Assembly (NCBI GenBank): GCA_036504895.1 | Contig: DASXUJ010000088.1 | Location: 85,296-149,295, forward strand | DNA from: Syntrophorhabdaceae bacterium | GTDB lineage: Bacteria > Desulfobacterota > Syntrophorhabdia > Syntrophorhabdales > Syntrophorhabdaceae | DNA: 64,000 nucleotides | Reading direction: 5' to 3' | Shown here: one piece after another, positions 53,703-63,342 of the stretch | Layout: the number at the start of each line of letters is the position of its first letter | Position numbering within the stretch: the first letter of the stretch is position 1 | Notes under the pieces: generated by a model | Told to the model about the DNA's origin: nothing | The model's input: only the letters and a program-made list of their open reading frames with translations | Database searches by the model: none | Made by a program: the position numbers and the translations under genes

Positions 53703-55412
53703 ATGTTATTCTCCAAAATGTTTATTCCCACGGTAAAGGAAGACCCCAAGGAAGCGGAGGTCGTAAGTCATAAGCTCATGCTTCGGGCCGGCTTCATCCG
53801 CAGGCTCTCATCGGGTATCTATACATGGCTCCCCCTGGGGCTGCGCTCTCTGCGTAAGGTAGAGAAGATTATCCGGGAAGAGATGAACAAAAAGGGCGCT
53901 CAGGAGATCCTCATGCCCCTCGTCCAGCCGAAAGAGCTCTGGGTAGAGAGCACGCGATGGGAGAAATACGGGAAAGAGCTCCTGAGGTTCGCCGACAGGA
54001 ATAACCGGGAGCTTTGCCTTGCCCCGACCCATGAGGAGGTAGTGACCGACCTCGTGCGGCGGGAGGTGCGCTCCTATAAGGAGCTTCCCCTGGTGCTCTA
54101 TCAGATCCAGACGAAATTCAGGGATGAGATCCGTCCCCGCTTCGGCGTCATGAGGGGCAGAGAGTTCTCGATGAAGGACGCGTACAGTTTCGACGTGGAC
54201 GAGTCTGCCGCAGAGCAGAGTTATCTCGACATGTACGATGCCTATATGAACATCTTCACACGGTGCGGCTTTCATTTCAGGGCCGTGGAAGCGGACACGG
54301 GGCAGATCGGGGGCGCCTTTTCCCATGAATTCATGGTCCTTGCCGATACAGGGGAGGACGTAATCATCTCCTGCAGCAACTGCGGGTATGCGGCCAATCT
54401 CGAAAAGGCGGAGATCGGATTCGTGGAGAGGGATGTGTCCCGAAAGAAAGGCGCCTACACGAGGGTCGAGACCCCGGGACAGAAAAAGGTCGAGGAAGTG
54501 GCGCGCTTTCTCAACGTGGCGGCCGATAAACTGGTAAAAACCCTCATCTATAATACGGACCAGGGCGTAATCGGCGCGCTCGTCAAAGGCGACAGGGAAG
54601 TGAACGAGACGAAGCTCGGAAACCTCCTGGGCTTCGAATGGGTGGAGCTCGCGGACGAGCGGACTATTTACGAGGTAACAGGCGGCCCCCTCGGGTTCTC
54701 CGGTCCTATTGGGCTCAAAATCCCCCTCGCTGCGGACCGGGATATCCTTTTCATGGAAGATTTTGTCGTGGGAGGCAATGAAAAGGACGTGCACTTTACC
54801 GGGGTCAATGTGGAGGATTTCGCGGTGAAAGGCTTCTATGATCTCAAAACTGCGGAGGCAGGCGACCTTTGCCCCCGGTGCCGGGACAAGCATACCTCCA
54901 CCAGAGGGATCGAAGTGGGACATATATTCAAGCTCGGCCTCAAGTACAGCAAGGCGATGAATGCGACCTTCCTCGATAATAACGGAAAAGAGCAATTCAT
55001 GGTGATGGGCTGCTACGGCATCGGGGTGAGCAGGACCGTGGCCGCCGCCATCGAGCAGGGGCATGATGAAAACGGCATGATCCTTCCCATTGCCATCGCG
55101 CCTTTCGAGGTGGACGTGCTGCCCGTGAACACGTCCCATGCGGAAACGATGGCGCTCGCGGAAGAGGTGTACCGGACCCTCCTCGATAAAGGCGTCGACG
55201 CCGTACTCGACGACCGCAACGAGAGGCCGGGAATAAAATTTAAGGATTGCGACCTTATCGGCATCCCCATCCGTGTCACCATCGGAGAGAGGAACCTGAA
55301 AGACGGCTTCGTGGAGATTAAGCTCAGGCACGAGAAAGAGTCCGTACGGGTAAAAAAAGATGAGATCGTGGAAAAGGTTTTAGCCCATGTTGAAGGACTT
55401 GCACATATGTGA
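53703..55412 (+). CDS. proS: Prolyl-tRNA synthetase (bacterial type with editing insertion)
   Basis: MLFSKMFIPTVKEDPKEAEVVSHKLMLRAGFIRRLSSGIYTWLPLG.. with class II motifs. 569 aa. Confidence 0.93.
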   Translation: MLFSKMFIPTVKEDPKEAEVVSHKLMLRAGFIRRLSSGIYTWLPLGLRSLRKVEKIIREEMNKKGAQEILMPLVQPKELWVESTRWEKYGKELLRFADRNNRELCLAPTHEEVVTDLVRREVRSYKELPLVLYQIQTKFRDEIRPRFGVMRGREFSMKDAYSFDVDESAAEQSYLDMYDAYMNIFTRCGFHFRAVEADTGQIGGAFSHEFMVLADTGEDVIISCSNCGYAANLEKAEIGFVERDVSRKKGAYTRVETPGQKKVEEVARFLNVAADKLVKTLIYNTDQGVIGALVKGDREVNETKLGNLLGFEWVELADERTIYEVTGGPLGFSGPIGLKIPLAADRDILFMEDFVVGGNEKDVHFTGVNVEDFAVKGFYDLKTAEAGDLCPRCRDKHTSTRGIEVGHIFKLGLKYSKAMNATFLDNNGKEQFMVMGCYGIGVSRTVAAAIEQGHDENGMILPIAIAPFEVDVLPVNTSHAETMALAEEVYRTLLDKGVDAVLDDRNERPGIKFKDCDLIGIPIRVTIGERNLKDGFVEIKLRHEKESVRVKKDEIVEKVLAHVEGLAHM

Positions 55413-56589
55413 TCTCACCCCACGGGAGGAGATAGAAGGCAGGATAGACCGGCTGAGGGATAGGATGGCTGCGAAAGGCATCCCTTTCGCGATCGTACTC
55501 CAGAATGTGGACCTCTTTTATTTTACGGGCACGGTGCAGAAGGGCGTGCTCGTGGTATCAGTGGACGAGGGTCCATTCTTTTTCGTGGAAAAAAGCCTTT
55601 ACAGGGCCCAGGCCGAGACCCCCCTCAAAATAATACCCATCAAGAGAGACAGGGACGTAAAAAGTATCCTCAAAGACAAAGGGGTGCTCAAGGGAAAGGG
55701 CGGGATGGAGCTCGACGTGGTGCCCGTCTCTGTCTACGAGCGATGGAGGCACATCCTCGACCAGGAGAGTTTCATCGATATCTCCTCCGCCATCACCAAT
55801 CTTCGCATTATCAAAAGCCCCTTTGAAATAGAGCAGATAAAAAAATCAGGGGAGATCGTCTCCAGGGTTTTTGCAAAGGCCCGGGACGTGGTGCGGGAAG
55901 GGGCGCGGGAGATCGATATCGCCACGGCATTGGAAGGGGAAGGCAGGGCCCACGGCCACCAGGGCTTTTTGAGGATGAGGGGCTTCAATCAGGAGATGAT
56001 GAATATCTACGTGACCCACGGCCATGCCGCCACCTATACGTCCGGCGCGGACGTGCCCATATCGGGTGCGGGGGTTACCCATGCCATAGGGCAGGGCTCC
56101 TCCATCAACCGCGTGGAAAGAGGGGTCCCCCTCCTCGTAGATTACGGCGGGGGCTATAACGGCTACATTACGGACGAGACACGGGTCGTGGCAGCCGGGG
56201 AGCTTCAGGAAAAGTTCGTGAAGGCCTATAACGTGGCCCGGGCGATTATCGAGGACACCCTCGATTCGGGCAAGGTAGGCGTCATCTCCTCCGACCTTTA
56301 CAACCGGGCCGACGAGAAGGTAAAAGCCGCAGGCCTGTCGGAATACTTCATGGGCCATGGTGAGGGGCAGGTCAGATTCATCGGCCACGGGCTCGGTCTC
56401 GAGATCAACGAGTTCCCCGTCTTCACCCCGCGTCACCATATCGTCCTCGAAGAAGGCATGGTATTCGCCTTCGAGCCGAAGTTCATCTTTCCCGGCGAGG
56501 GCGCGATCGGCATCGAGGTCGATTTCATCGTAAGAAAGGACCATTTGGAAAGGGTGACCGACGCACCGATCGACATTATACGGGTATGA
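55387..56589 (+). CDS. M24-family Xaa-Pro peptidase / creatinase-like
   Basis: Creatinase_N-like N-terminus and a pita-bread C-terminus with metal ligands (..LVDYGGGYNGYITDETR..HGLGLEINE..FEP..). Confidence 0.8.
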   Translation: MLKDLHICDLTPREEIEGRIDRLRDRMAAKGIPFAIVLQNVDLFYFTGTVQKGVLVVSVDEGPFFFVEKSLYRAQAETPLKIIPIKRDRDVKSILKDKGVLKGKGGMELDVVPVSVYERWRHILDQESFIDISSAITNLRIIKSPFEIEQIKKSGEIVSRVFAKARDVVREGAREIDIATALEGEGRAHGHQGFLRMRGFNQEMMNIYVTHGHAATYTSGADVPISGAGVTHAIGQGSSINRVERGVPLLVDYGGGYNGYITDETRVVAAGELQEKFVKAYNVARAIIEDTLDSGKVGVISSDLYNRADEKVKAAGLSEYFMGHGEGQVRFIGHGLGLEINEFPVFTPRHHIVLEEGMVFAFEPKFIFPGEGAIGIEVDFIVRKDHLERVTDAPIDIIRV

Positions 56590-56819
56590 TCCATATCCGA
56601 AAGATCAGCACGAAAGGCGTTGCCCATTCCGGCGCGCCTGAAGAAATAATTTCATAATCAGATGAACAGAGGGGTCGGGGGTTAAGTCCGGCTGAAATCG
56701 GGCGATAACTACAACAGGGCATCTCCGTCGAATCGCCTGTCTCACCTCTGAGGAGTAAAGGAGTAAATCGGCCGACGGGGACCGGTTCGTCCCGCGGCAT
56801 TCATAAAGGAGGCTACCAT

Positions 56820-57986
56820 ATGGCGGCAAGGCGCAGGGAAAGGTCTGTATTCTCATTTCTCTTTTTCGCGGTTATTATCACGGTTTTCACCTCGGTCTTC
56901 AGCCAGGGTTACCTCTTTGCATGGACCTGCCAGGGCACCGATGCGCAGTGCGCCCTCTTCGAGGAAGCAGTCATCGATACGAGGGACAATTTCAATGCGG
57001 GCAGGCTCTGGAACAGACTCACCCCCATTGTCAGCGACAACGGAAACCTGATATGGAAAGACGGCGTGGTGGGCTCGAAACTGCTCGTCGCAGCGTACAA
57101 GTATGGCACACCGGAAAATCCGCCGTTCAATACCTGTCAACCCGGCGTACCCTTTCCTAAAGATTGTCCCGTAAGCGGAAGCCCCTGGGTCACCATAGTC
57201 CCGGAGCTTTTTGATTTTTTCAAGACCACCCCTTTCTCCACGTTAAGGATCGAGCAGCTCCTGGGACTGCCCCCCAACTATGGGAACAACTATATCGTGG
57301 AATACTGGGCAAACCCTTCGGACCTCTTCCGGCCTGCGCCCGACCCGCAGATCACCTACCAGGAAGGAAGCATCACGTTTCCGTGGGAATCGAGCCATTT
57401 CCTCTCGCTCAATACGAGCAACGACTATAAGGTATGGGACGATTATTGTGTCTCCTCCTCCGATCCCGCGTGCACCTGCGCGGCAGGCTCTCAATATATG
57501 GATTATAAATGCTGGTTTCAGAACCGGCGTGAATGGGTCTACGCCTATTCCTTGAGCAGCGCTCCTTATCCCTGGACAGGGCTCGGGTACACCTATGACT
57601 GGGGAAACCGTCAGACCCCCGTCGGTTTGAGTGAATTCGTCCTGAACAAGGCCCCCGTCTATAGTCCTTTTACCGTAACCATCCAGTCCGTATCCCTGGC
57701 ATCCGCCTATTTTTCCCGGTCAAGCAGATATAGGATGACAGTGGAGAAAAGCGGCTTCGGAAAAGGCACGGTAAGCGGCAGGCCCGGAGGGACGATTTGC
57801 GGGCCCAACTGTTCGACAGGATCGAAAAATCTCGTGAGATATTCGTCGGTGACCCTCACGGCAAGGCCCGCCAGGGGCTCCTCCTTTGTCGGCTGGGGCG
57901 GCGCGTGTTCGGGCATGGCCGCCACCTGCACACTCACTATGGCGGGAGATACCACAGTGACTGCCGGCTTCGCTCTGAGCCAATAG
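56820..57986 (+). CDS. Secreted hypothetical protein with a C-terminal InlB-B-repeat-like (G.G.V...C...W.G.C) module
   Basis: AAGGAGG RBS and a signal anchor. C-terminus ..MTVEKSGFGKGTVSGRPGGTICGPNC...VTLTARPARGSSFVGWGGACSG..TCTLTM.. Confidence 0.6.
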   Translation: MAARRRERSVFSFLFFAVIITVFTSVFSQGYLFAWTCQGTDAQCALFEEAVIDTRDNFNAGRLWNRLTPIVSDNGNLIWKDGVVGSKLLVAAYKYGTPENPPFNTCQPGVPFPKDCPVSGSPWVTIVPELFDFFKTTPFSTLRIEQLLGLPPNYGNNYIVEYWANPSDLFRPAPDPQITYQEGSITFPWESSHFLSLNTSNDYKVWDDYCVSSSDPACTCAAGSQYMDYKCWFQNRREWVYAYSLSSAPYPWTGLGYTYDWGNRQTPVGLSEFVLNKAPVYSPFTVTIQSVSLASAYFSRSSRYRMTVEKSGFGKGTVSGRPGGTICGPNCSTGSKNLVRYSSVTLTARPARGSSFVGWGGACSGMAATCTLTMAGDTTVTAGFALSQ

Positions 57987-58021
57987 ATTAACCATCGAGG
58001 ATAGGCAAAAACCGATCTGCA

Positions 58022-58049
58022 GCCGGGACCTCGGTCCCGGCGTTCTTTT
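58022..58049 (+). terminator. Rho-independent terminator GCCGGGAC-CTCG-GTCCCGGC followed by GTTCTTTT
   Basis: 8-bp GC stem, a tetraloop and a T-tract 36 nt after the stop at 57986. Confidence 0.7.
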
Positions 58050-58426
58050 GGACGATAGAATAACAAAGTGGAAGCGATTATCAGACGGAGTCTCCCGTCT
58101 GATTGTCTGAAAAATCCGTACACACCCATATCCGGCTTCTCTTCCTTCAAATCATTTAACCCCTTTTATATTGGTAGCTTAAGGGCATCATATCCCGGAG
58201 GCATCGTGCTTGCAGTAGGTAGGGCAAGCAAACTGGCCAACGGGGACATAATCAGCACGTTCTGAGAAGGACACGTTACCGGCGACGCACAACTCGTCTT
58301 TTCAATTTGTGTCGAACAGTCAGGTGGTCATTGAAAGGAATCAATCCACCGGCTCCCCTATTTTCTCAGAACTCCTTCGGAGCGAGCGCTCCACGGATGT
58401 CCGACCTGCGGCCGCAAGGAGGATTC

Positions 58427-59698
58427 ATGATACATCAGTTTTCACGTAAAAGGGGCAAGGCCCGTCTTTTGTCCCACCCTATTCCCTGGCTTTGTCTTAT
58501 TTTGCTTTCCCTCTGCCTTATGCAGGGATACGCGTACGCGGGCCAGGCGACCCTCGCCTGGAAAGCCCAGACCGACAACACTGGGTTTAAGGTCCACTAT
58601 GGAACGGCAAGCCATAGTTACACTACCGTCACCGACGTGGGAAACACCACCGCCCACCAGGCAACGAACCTAGTGGATGGCCAGACCTATTACTTTGCCC
58701 TCACCGCTTACTCCGACGGAGGGGAGAGCGGCTATTCTTCCGAGGCAACTTTTAAGCCCACCTCGGGGTGCACCTACACTATCTCGCCCGGCAGCGCCAC
58801 TACAGGCGCCGCGGGGGGACCGGGGAGCGTGGCGGTGAAAACCCCTGCCGGCTGCTCCTGGACAGTAACGAACCCCATCTCATGGATCACCATATCCTCC
58901 GGCTCATCCGGCACAGGGAACGGAACCATTGCATATTCCGTAGCCGCCAGTGACGGCGCCGCGCGCACCGGGGTCTTCACTATTGCCAGTCAGTCTTTCC
59001 TGATAGCCCAGACCGGCGGCGGCAGCGATCAATCCTTTATCATCAATGCCGTTGCGACCGCGGGAGGCGCCATATCGCCTGCGGGACGCGTCGCCGTGGT
59101 GGGCGGGGCATCCCAGACGTTTGACATAACCCCCTCCGAAGGCTATGGGGTGAGAAACGTGGTGGTAGACGGCAAGCCCCAGGGAAGTATAAGCTCCTAC
59201 ACGTTCAGCGATGTAAAAGCGAAACATACTATTGCCGCCCACTTCGTTCGCGCCAATGCTGAACTCCATAAGCTCACCATCACCAAGACCGGACCGGGCA
59301 GGGTGGTGCGCAAACCCGGCGGTGGACGTTTCCGTGCCGGTACTGTGGTAACCCTCGAGGCGAAGCATACCCCGAATTCCCTCTTCGCGAGCTGGTCGGG
59401 GGTATGCTCGGGTACCGACCCCGTCTGTTTCGTGACAATGAACGGCGATCAGACGGTGAGCGCCACATTCGTCCCGATTTACCGGATCGCAACCGTTCAC
59501 GGGGCAAAAGGGGAGATCTCCCCGTCCGGACCCGTGAAGGTAGTGGACGGCGGAAGCCAGACCTTTACGATCACTCCCCACGAAGGTTATACGGTGGAGA
59601 AAGTTTTCGTGGACGGCCATCCGGTCGGCGCAGTCACTTCCTACACCTTTACAGGCGTCCAGAAGAACCATTCCATCAGGGCGGTCTTTACCAAATAA
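58427..59698 (+). CDS. Secreted FN3 / BACON-like / InlB-B-repeat-like multidomain protein
   Basis: AAGGAGG RBS and a signal peptide. FN3-like segment ..ATLAWKAQTDNTGFKVHYG..YYFALTAY... A segment ..CTYTISP..GCSWTV..SWITIS.. is BACON-like. Then repeated ..G.G.V...G...F..G..VTL.A.....F.SWSG.C.. modules. Confidence 0.65.
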   Translation: MIHQFSRKRGKARLLSHPIPWLCLILLSLCLMQGYAYAGQATLAWKAQTDNTGFKVHYGTASHSYTTVTDVGNTTAHQATNLVDGQTYYFALTAYSDGGESGYSSEATFKPTSGCTYTISPGSATTGAAGGPGSVAVKTPAGCSWTVTNPISWITISSGSSGTGNGTIAYSVAASDGAARTGVFTIASQSFLIAQTGGGSDQSFIINAVATAGGAISPAGRVAVVGGASQTFDITPSEGYGVRNVVVDGKPQGSISSYTFSDVKAKHTIAAHFVRANAELHKLTITKTGPGRVVRKPGGGRFRAGTVVTLEAKHTPNSLFASWSGVCSGTDPVCFVTMNGDQTVSATFVPIYRIATVHGAKGEISPSGPVKVVDGGSQTFTITPHEGYTVEKVFVDGHPVGAVTSYTFTGVQKNHSIRAVFTK

Positions 59699-59969
59699 AG
59701 CGCCCCCTTCCCCGTGAAATGCCCGCCGTACGTAATGTGCACGTGCGGCGGGCACGGGGAATCCTGCATCCCTTCTAAAACCGCTCGTAATGAGAGCCAC
59801 TATCCCTCGGCGGGGACTGCCTCACGATTCCAGCCCGCCTCATGCATTAGGGGTTGATTGACTCCGGAGATATCCCTGTAGTATACATAGTAACCCGACG
59901 GCAAAAGGGCGAATGCAGAAGAAAGGCGTTCCCCTTTTCGGCGGATTGCCCCCTTCGAGGAGTAGGTGA

Positions 59970-60620
59970 ATGGAATTGGTAATGACTTTTATTGATTTCT
60001 TTATGCACATCGATAAGCACCTGAGCGCCGTCATCTCCGCCTACGGCGTCTGGACTTATCTTATCCTTTTCCTGGTCATATTCCTGGAGACGGGCCTCGT
60101 GGTGACCCCACTCCTGCCGGGAGATTCCCTTCTTTTTGCAGCCGGCGCATTTGCGGCCAAGGGGGCCCTTGACGTGGCATGGCTCTTCGTACTCCTCTCA
60201 ATTGCCGCAATCCTGGGGGATACGGCGAATTACTGGATAGGCTGCATCATCGGCCCCAAGGTCTTTCGCGGCCAGGGCGTCCGCTTCCTCAACCGCCAAT
60301 ATCTCGACCGCACCCATCAATTTTATGAGAAGTACGGCGGCAAAACGATCATCATCGCCCGTTTCGTTCCCATTATCCGCACCTTCGCGCCCTTTGTGGC
60401 AGGCATCGGGAGCATGACCTACGGGCGCTTTATCAGCTACAACGTGATCGGCGGAGTGCTCTGGATCGCCGTCTGCCTTTTCGCGGGTTATTTTTTCGGG
60501 AATCTCCATATAGTGAAGGAGAACTTTTCCCTCGTCATACTCGCCATCATCATCATATCCATCCTTCCCGGCCTCGTCGAATTCCTGCGTCAGCGACTTA
60601 AAGGACCTGAGCTCGGATGA
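59970..60620 (+). CDS. DedA-family membrane protein (second paralogue)
   Basis: ..LVIFLETGLVVTPLLPGDSLLFAAG.. and ..IIARFVPIIRTFAPFVAG.. are DedA motifs. GAGGAG RBS. Confidence 0.85.
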   Translation: MELVMTFIDFFMHIDKHLSAVISAYGVWTYLILFLVIFLETGLVVTPLLPGDSLLFAAGAFAAKGALDVAWLFVLLSIAAILGDTANYWIGCIIGPKVFRGQGVRFLNRQYLDRTHQFYEKYGGKTIIIARFVPIIRTFAPFVAGIGSMTYGRFISYNVIGGVLWIAVCLFAGYFFGNLHIVKENFSLVILAIIIISILPGLVEFLRQRLKGPELG

Positions 60621-61102
60621 GCAGGAGCGATCGCCTGGTCCGTGCCGGGCGGCATACGGCAATAATAGGCCTTTTTTTGGTTACCCTCTTTCCCGGCACG
60701 ATCCTGGCCGCGTCTCGCGGACCCGGGAAGGTCGCATTCTTCCCCGAAGGGACGAAGCCGTCATGTACCTTCAAGGTGGAATTGGCAGTGACCCATGAAG
60801 AACAGGCCCGGGGCCTCATGTTCCGTGAGCGGCTTGCCGATGACGAGGGGATGCTCTTCATATTCGGCAAGGATGAAGAACGGGCATTCTGGATGCGGAA
60901 TACCCTTATCCCCCTCGACATCATATTCATAGACTCCCGTTTCAAAGTCGTCTCGGTCCACGATTTCGCAAAGCCCAAAGATGAAACCTCCATCAGCTCC
61001 CGCTTTCCCGCAAAATATGTCGTCGAGGTGAAGGGCGGCAAAGCGGCAACGTGCCGCATCAACGCAGGGACAAGGGTAAAAATCGTCACTTCTTCACAAT
61101 AA
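60617..61102 (+). CDS. DUF192-family protein
   Basis: ..VELAVTHEEQARGLMFRERLADDEGMLFIF..AFWMRNTLIPLDIIFID.. The start overlaps the DedA stop (ATGA). Confidence 0.8.
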   Translation: MSRSDRLVRAGRHTAIIGLFLVTLFPGTILAASRGPGKVAFFPEGTKPSCTFKVELAVTHEEQARGLMFRERLADDEGMLFIFGKDEERAFWMRNTLIPLDIIFIDSRFKVVSVHDFAKPKDETSISSRFPAKYVVEVKGGKAATCRINAGTRVKIVTSSQ

Positions 61103-63227
61103 AACGCACCTCGTCGAGAACGGCTGCCTGCTCATCGACGAGTGTCAATATGTGGGAGCCCCCGGCGGGACTCCACACGATCGTATCTCCCGTGCCTATC
61201 GTCTCGCCGTTCAATACCCATTGGACCTCCCTGCCTTCGGCGGAAGCCTCGAACACGATTTTTTGCCTGGCCGTCGGTATGTCGGGATCGATCGCGACAA
61301 TAAGGTTTCCGGGGGGATAGAGTATCCTGGGCCTCGCCGTAATTCGTGGGCCCGCCTCCACACTTATCGGCTCGGTGCCCAGGATAAACCATTCCTCTTC
61401 ACCTCTTCCGCCTGCATATCGGGAAATGGAGCGCGGCCCCACTCCGGGCGGAGGGTTCGGAGCATGAGAGGAGCCATTGGCGTGGAGATAGGTCATGATA
61501 TCGTGCCACAGGGGGGCGGCGCCCGATATGCCGGAGACGTTCCACATGGGGCTGCCGGAGAAGTTTCCGACCCACACTCCTACCGTATAACGCGACGAAT
61601 AGCCGACACACCAGTTGTCGCGCATGTCCTTGCTCGTGCCCGTCTTGACTGCGGTCCAAAAACGGGTGGAGAGGGAATTCTCATAACCGAAAGTAAGGCT
61701 TCGGGCTGCCCTGTCACCGAGTATGTGGGAGACGATAAATGCCCCTTCCCTGGAATAGACCTTCCTTCCTCTTTCTTTCCCGGACCGTGGTAATAGGGTA
61801 AGGCTTCCTGCCGTGCCGTTGTTCGCAAGGGTCCTGTAAGCATTCACCAGCTCGATGAGGCTTACGTCGAGGGCGCCCAGGGCCAGAGAAAAGCCGTAGT
61901 ACCCGCCGTCCCTCAAGTCGGCGAACCCCAGCTCCCCGAGCTTCGCCGTGAATTCATCGGGACCGGTAAGCATGAGCACCTTCACCGCGGGCACGTTGAG
62001 GGAAGATGCCAGGGCCACCCTCGCGGGAACAAGTCCTTTAAACGTGTGGTCATAATTTTCGGGCTTATAGATCCCTCTCTCCGTGGCGATCTCCACGGGC
62101 GAATCTTCGATAAGGGAGGCGGCGGTGAGGAGGCGCCTATCGAAGGCAAGGCCGTAGAGGAAGGGCTTGAGGGTCGAGCCTGCCTGCCTCTTCGCCCGCA
62201 CCCCGTCCACATGGAGGGCGGACGACATGGTACCGCCGTTTCCCACGTAGGCGAGTATCTCCCCTGTCCTGTTCTCCACCACGAGCACTGCCCCATCCGA
62301 AACGTTTTGCGTTCTGAGGGAGGCAAGCTGCTCCCTCAAAAGCTCCGCGGCCAGCGCCTGGAGCCTTCCGTCAAGGGTGGATTGCAGGTCTTTTACATCA
62401 TTCTTTAAAAGATAAGAGGCCGCATGAGGTGCGAGAGCAGCCCGGGCCCTGAGATCATAGGGTTTCCCCAGGGCCTCCTTCACCTTCGCCTCGATTGCCT
62501 CTTTGCCGGAGGGTGGCGGGAGTGCCCGATCCAGGGCCGCGGCCCTCCCGATAACCGTATCCACGGGCGCATTGGGCGAGCGGATCAGGGCGGCGAGGAT
62601 AAGGGATTCACCCCGGTCGAGCCCCTCCGGCTCTTTCCCGAAGAGCCCCCTGGAGGCAGCGTGAATGCCTCGCAGCTCTCCCCTGAAGCTCACGAGATTG
62701 AGATAGGCTTCGAGTATCTCGCGCTTCGGCCACGATTTCCCGAGTATGCGGGCGGCCCTGATCTGACGGACCTTTTCCCTCAAGCCCCGGCGCTTCGATT
62801 CAGGCCGGAGCTTCCTGTCGAGCAGTGAAGCAAGCTGCATTGCGATCGTGCTCGCCCCCCGCTTCTCTCCCCCGGAGACATTCGTAAGGCACGCCGCGGC
62901 AAGGGCCCTGAGGTCGACACCGGCGTGCTCGTTGAATCGCTTGTCTTCCGAGGCGACCACGGCGGCGAGAAGGACCTTCGGCACCCGTTCGAGACCGACC
63001 CATTCAAGGCTTCTCCCCGTCATGTCGAGGCGCATCTCGTGGATCACGACCCCATTTCTGTCCCTTAAGACTGCCTCGGAGACACGGTAGGTATCCCTGA
63101 CATGGGCAAAAGAGCCCATCCGCGGGGGGGACGAACAGATGAGAAAAACCGCAACGAGCACCCCGGCCGCGGCCAGGGATACCAAGCCCGCGGCGTATAA
63201 AAAACATTTTATTCTACTTAACCTCAA
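61086..63227 (-). CDS. pbpC: Penicillin-binding protein 1C (bifunctional transglycosylase/transpeptidase)
   Basis: GT51 motifs (EDKRFNEHAGVD, RGASTIAMQL), transpeptidase STLKP, and a PbpC C-terminal domain. The TTG start at 63227 abuts repeat copy C and is uncertain. Confidence 0.85.
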   Translation of the reverse strand: MRLSRIKCFLYAAGLVSLAAAGVLVAVFLICSSPPRMGSFAHVRDTYRVSEAVLRDRNGVVIHEMRLDMTGRSLEWVGLERVPKVLLAAVVASEDKRFNEHAGVDLRALAAACLTNVSGGEKRGASTIAMQLASLLDRKLRPESKRRGLREKVRQIRAARILGKSWPKREILEAYLNLVSFRGELRGIHAASRGLFGKEPEGLDRGESLILAALIRSPNAPVDTVIGRAAALDRALPPPSGKEAIEAKVKEALGKPYDLRARAALAPHAASYLLKNDVKDLQSTLDGRLQALAAELLREQLASLRTQNVSDGAVLVVENRTGEILAYVGNGGTMSSALHVDGVRAKRQAGSTLKPFLYGLAFDRRLLTAASLIEDSPVEIATERGIYKPENYDHTFKGLVPARVALASSLNVPAVKVLMLTGPDEFTAKLGELGFADLRDGGYYGFSLALGALDVSLIELVNAYRTLANNGTAGSLTLLPRSGKERGRKVYSREGAFIVSHILGDRAARSLTFGYENSLSTRFWTAVKTGTSKDMRDNWCVGYSSRYTVGVWVGNFSGSPMWNVSGISGAAPLWHDIMTYLHANGSSHAPNPPPGVGPRSISRYAGGRGEEEWFILGTEPISVEAGPRITARPRILYPPGNLIVAIDPDIPTARQKIVFEASAEGREVQWVLNGETIGTGDTIVWSPAGGSHILTLVDEQAAVLDEVRFIVKK

Positions 63228-63234
63228 AGCAGTT

Positions 63235-63339
63235 AAAGGGGCTCACGTCACCCCCCCGCTTCAGGCGCCTTCTGTTGGTCGCCCGGCAAAAGCCGGGTGA
63301 GGCTCCCCCTCTCGCTCGCGGTGCGAGCTGAATAAGAAC
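63235..63339 (+). repeat. Modular GC-rich intergenic repeat, copy C
   Basis: AAAGGGGCTCACGTCACCCCCCCGCTTCAGGCGCCTTCTGTTGGTCGCCCGGCAAAAGCCGGGTGAGGCTCCCCCTCTCGCTCGCGGTGCGAGCTGAATAAGAAC. It has the same blocks as copy B with two blocks swapped. Confidence 0.8.
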
Positions 63340-63342
63340 CTG

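Noticed and set aside
56590-56819. Possible riboswitch or leader in the 230-nt spacer upstream of the secreted 388-aa protein
   Set aside because: Only short, unremarkable hairpins are present, for example GGCGAT..ATCGCC and GGGAC..GTCCC. I could recognise no conserved riboswitch core (c-di-GMP, cobalamin, TPP, SAM and others). This would need a covariance-model scan to revisit.
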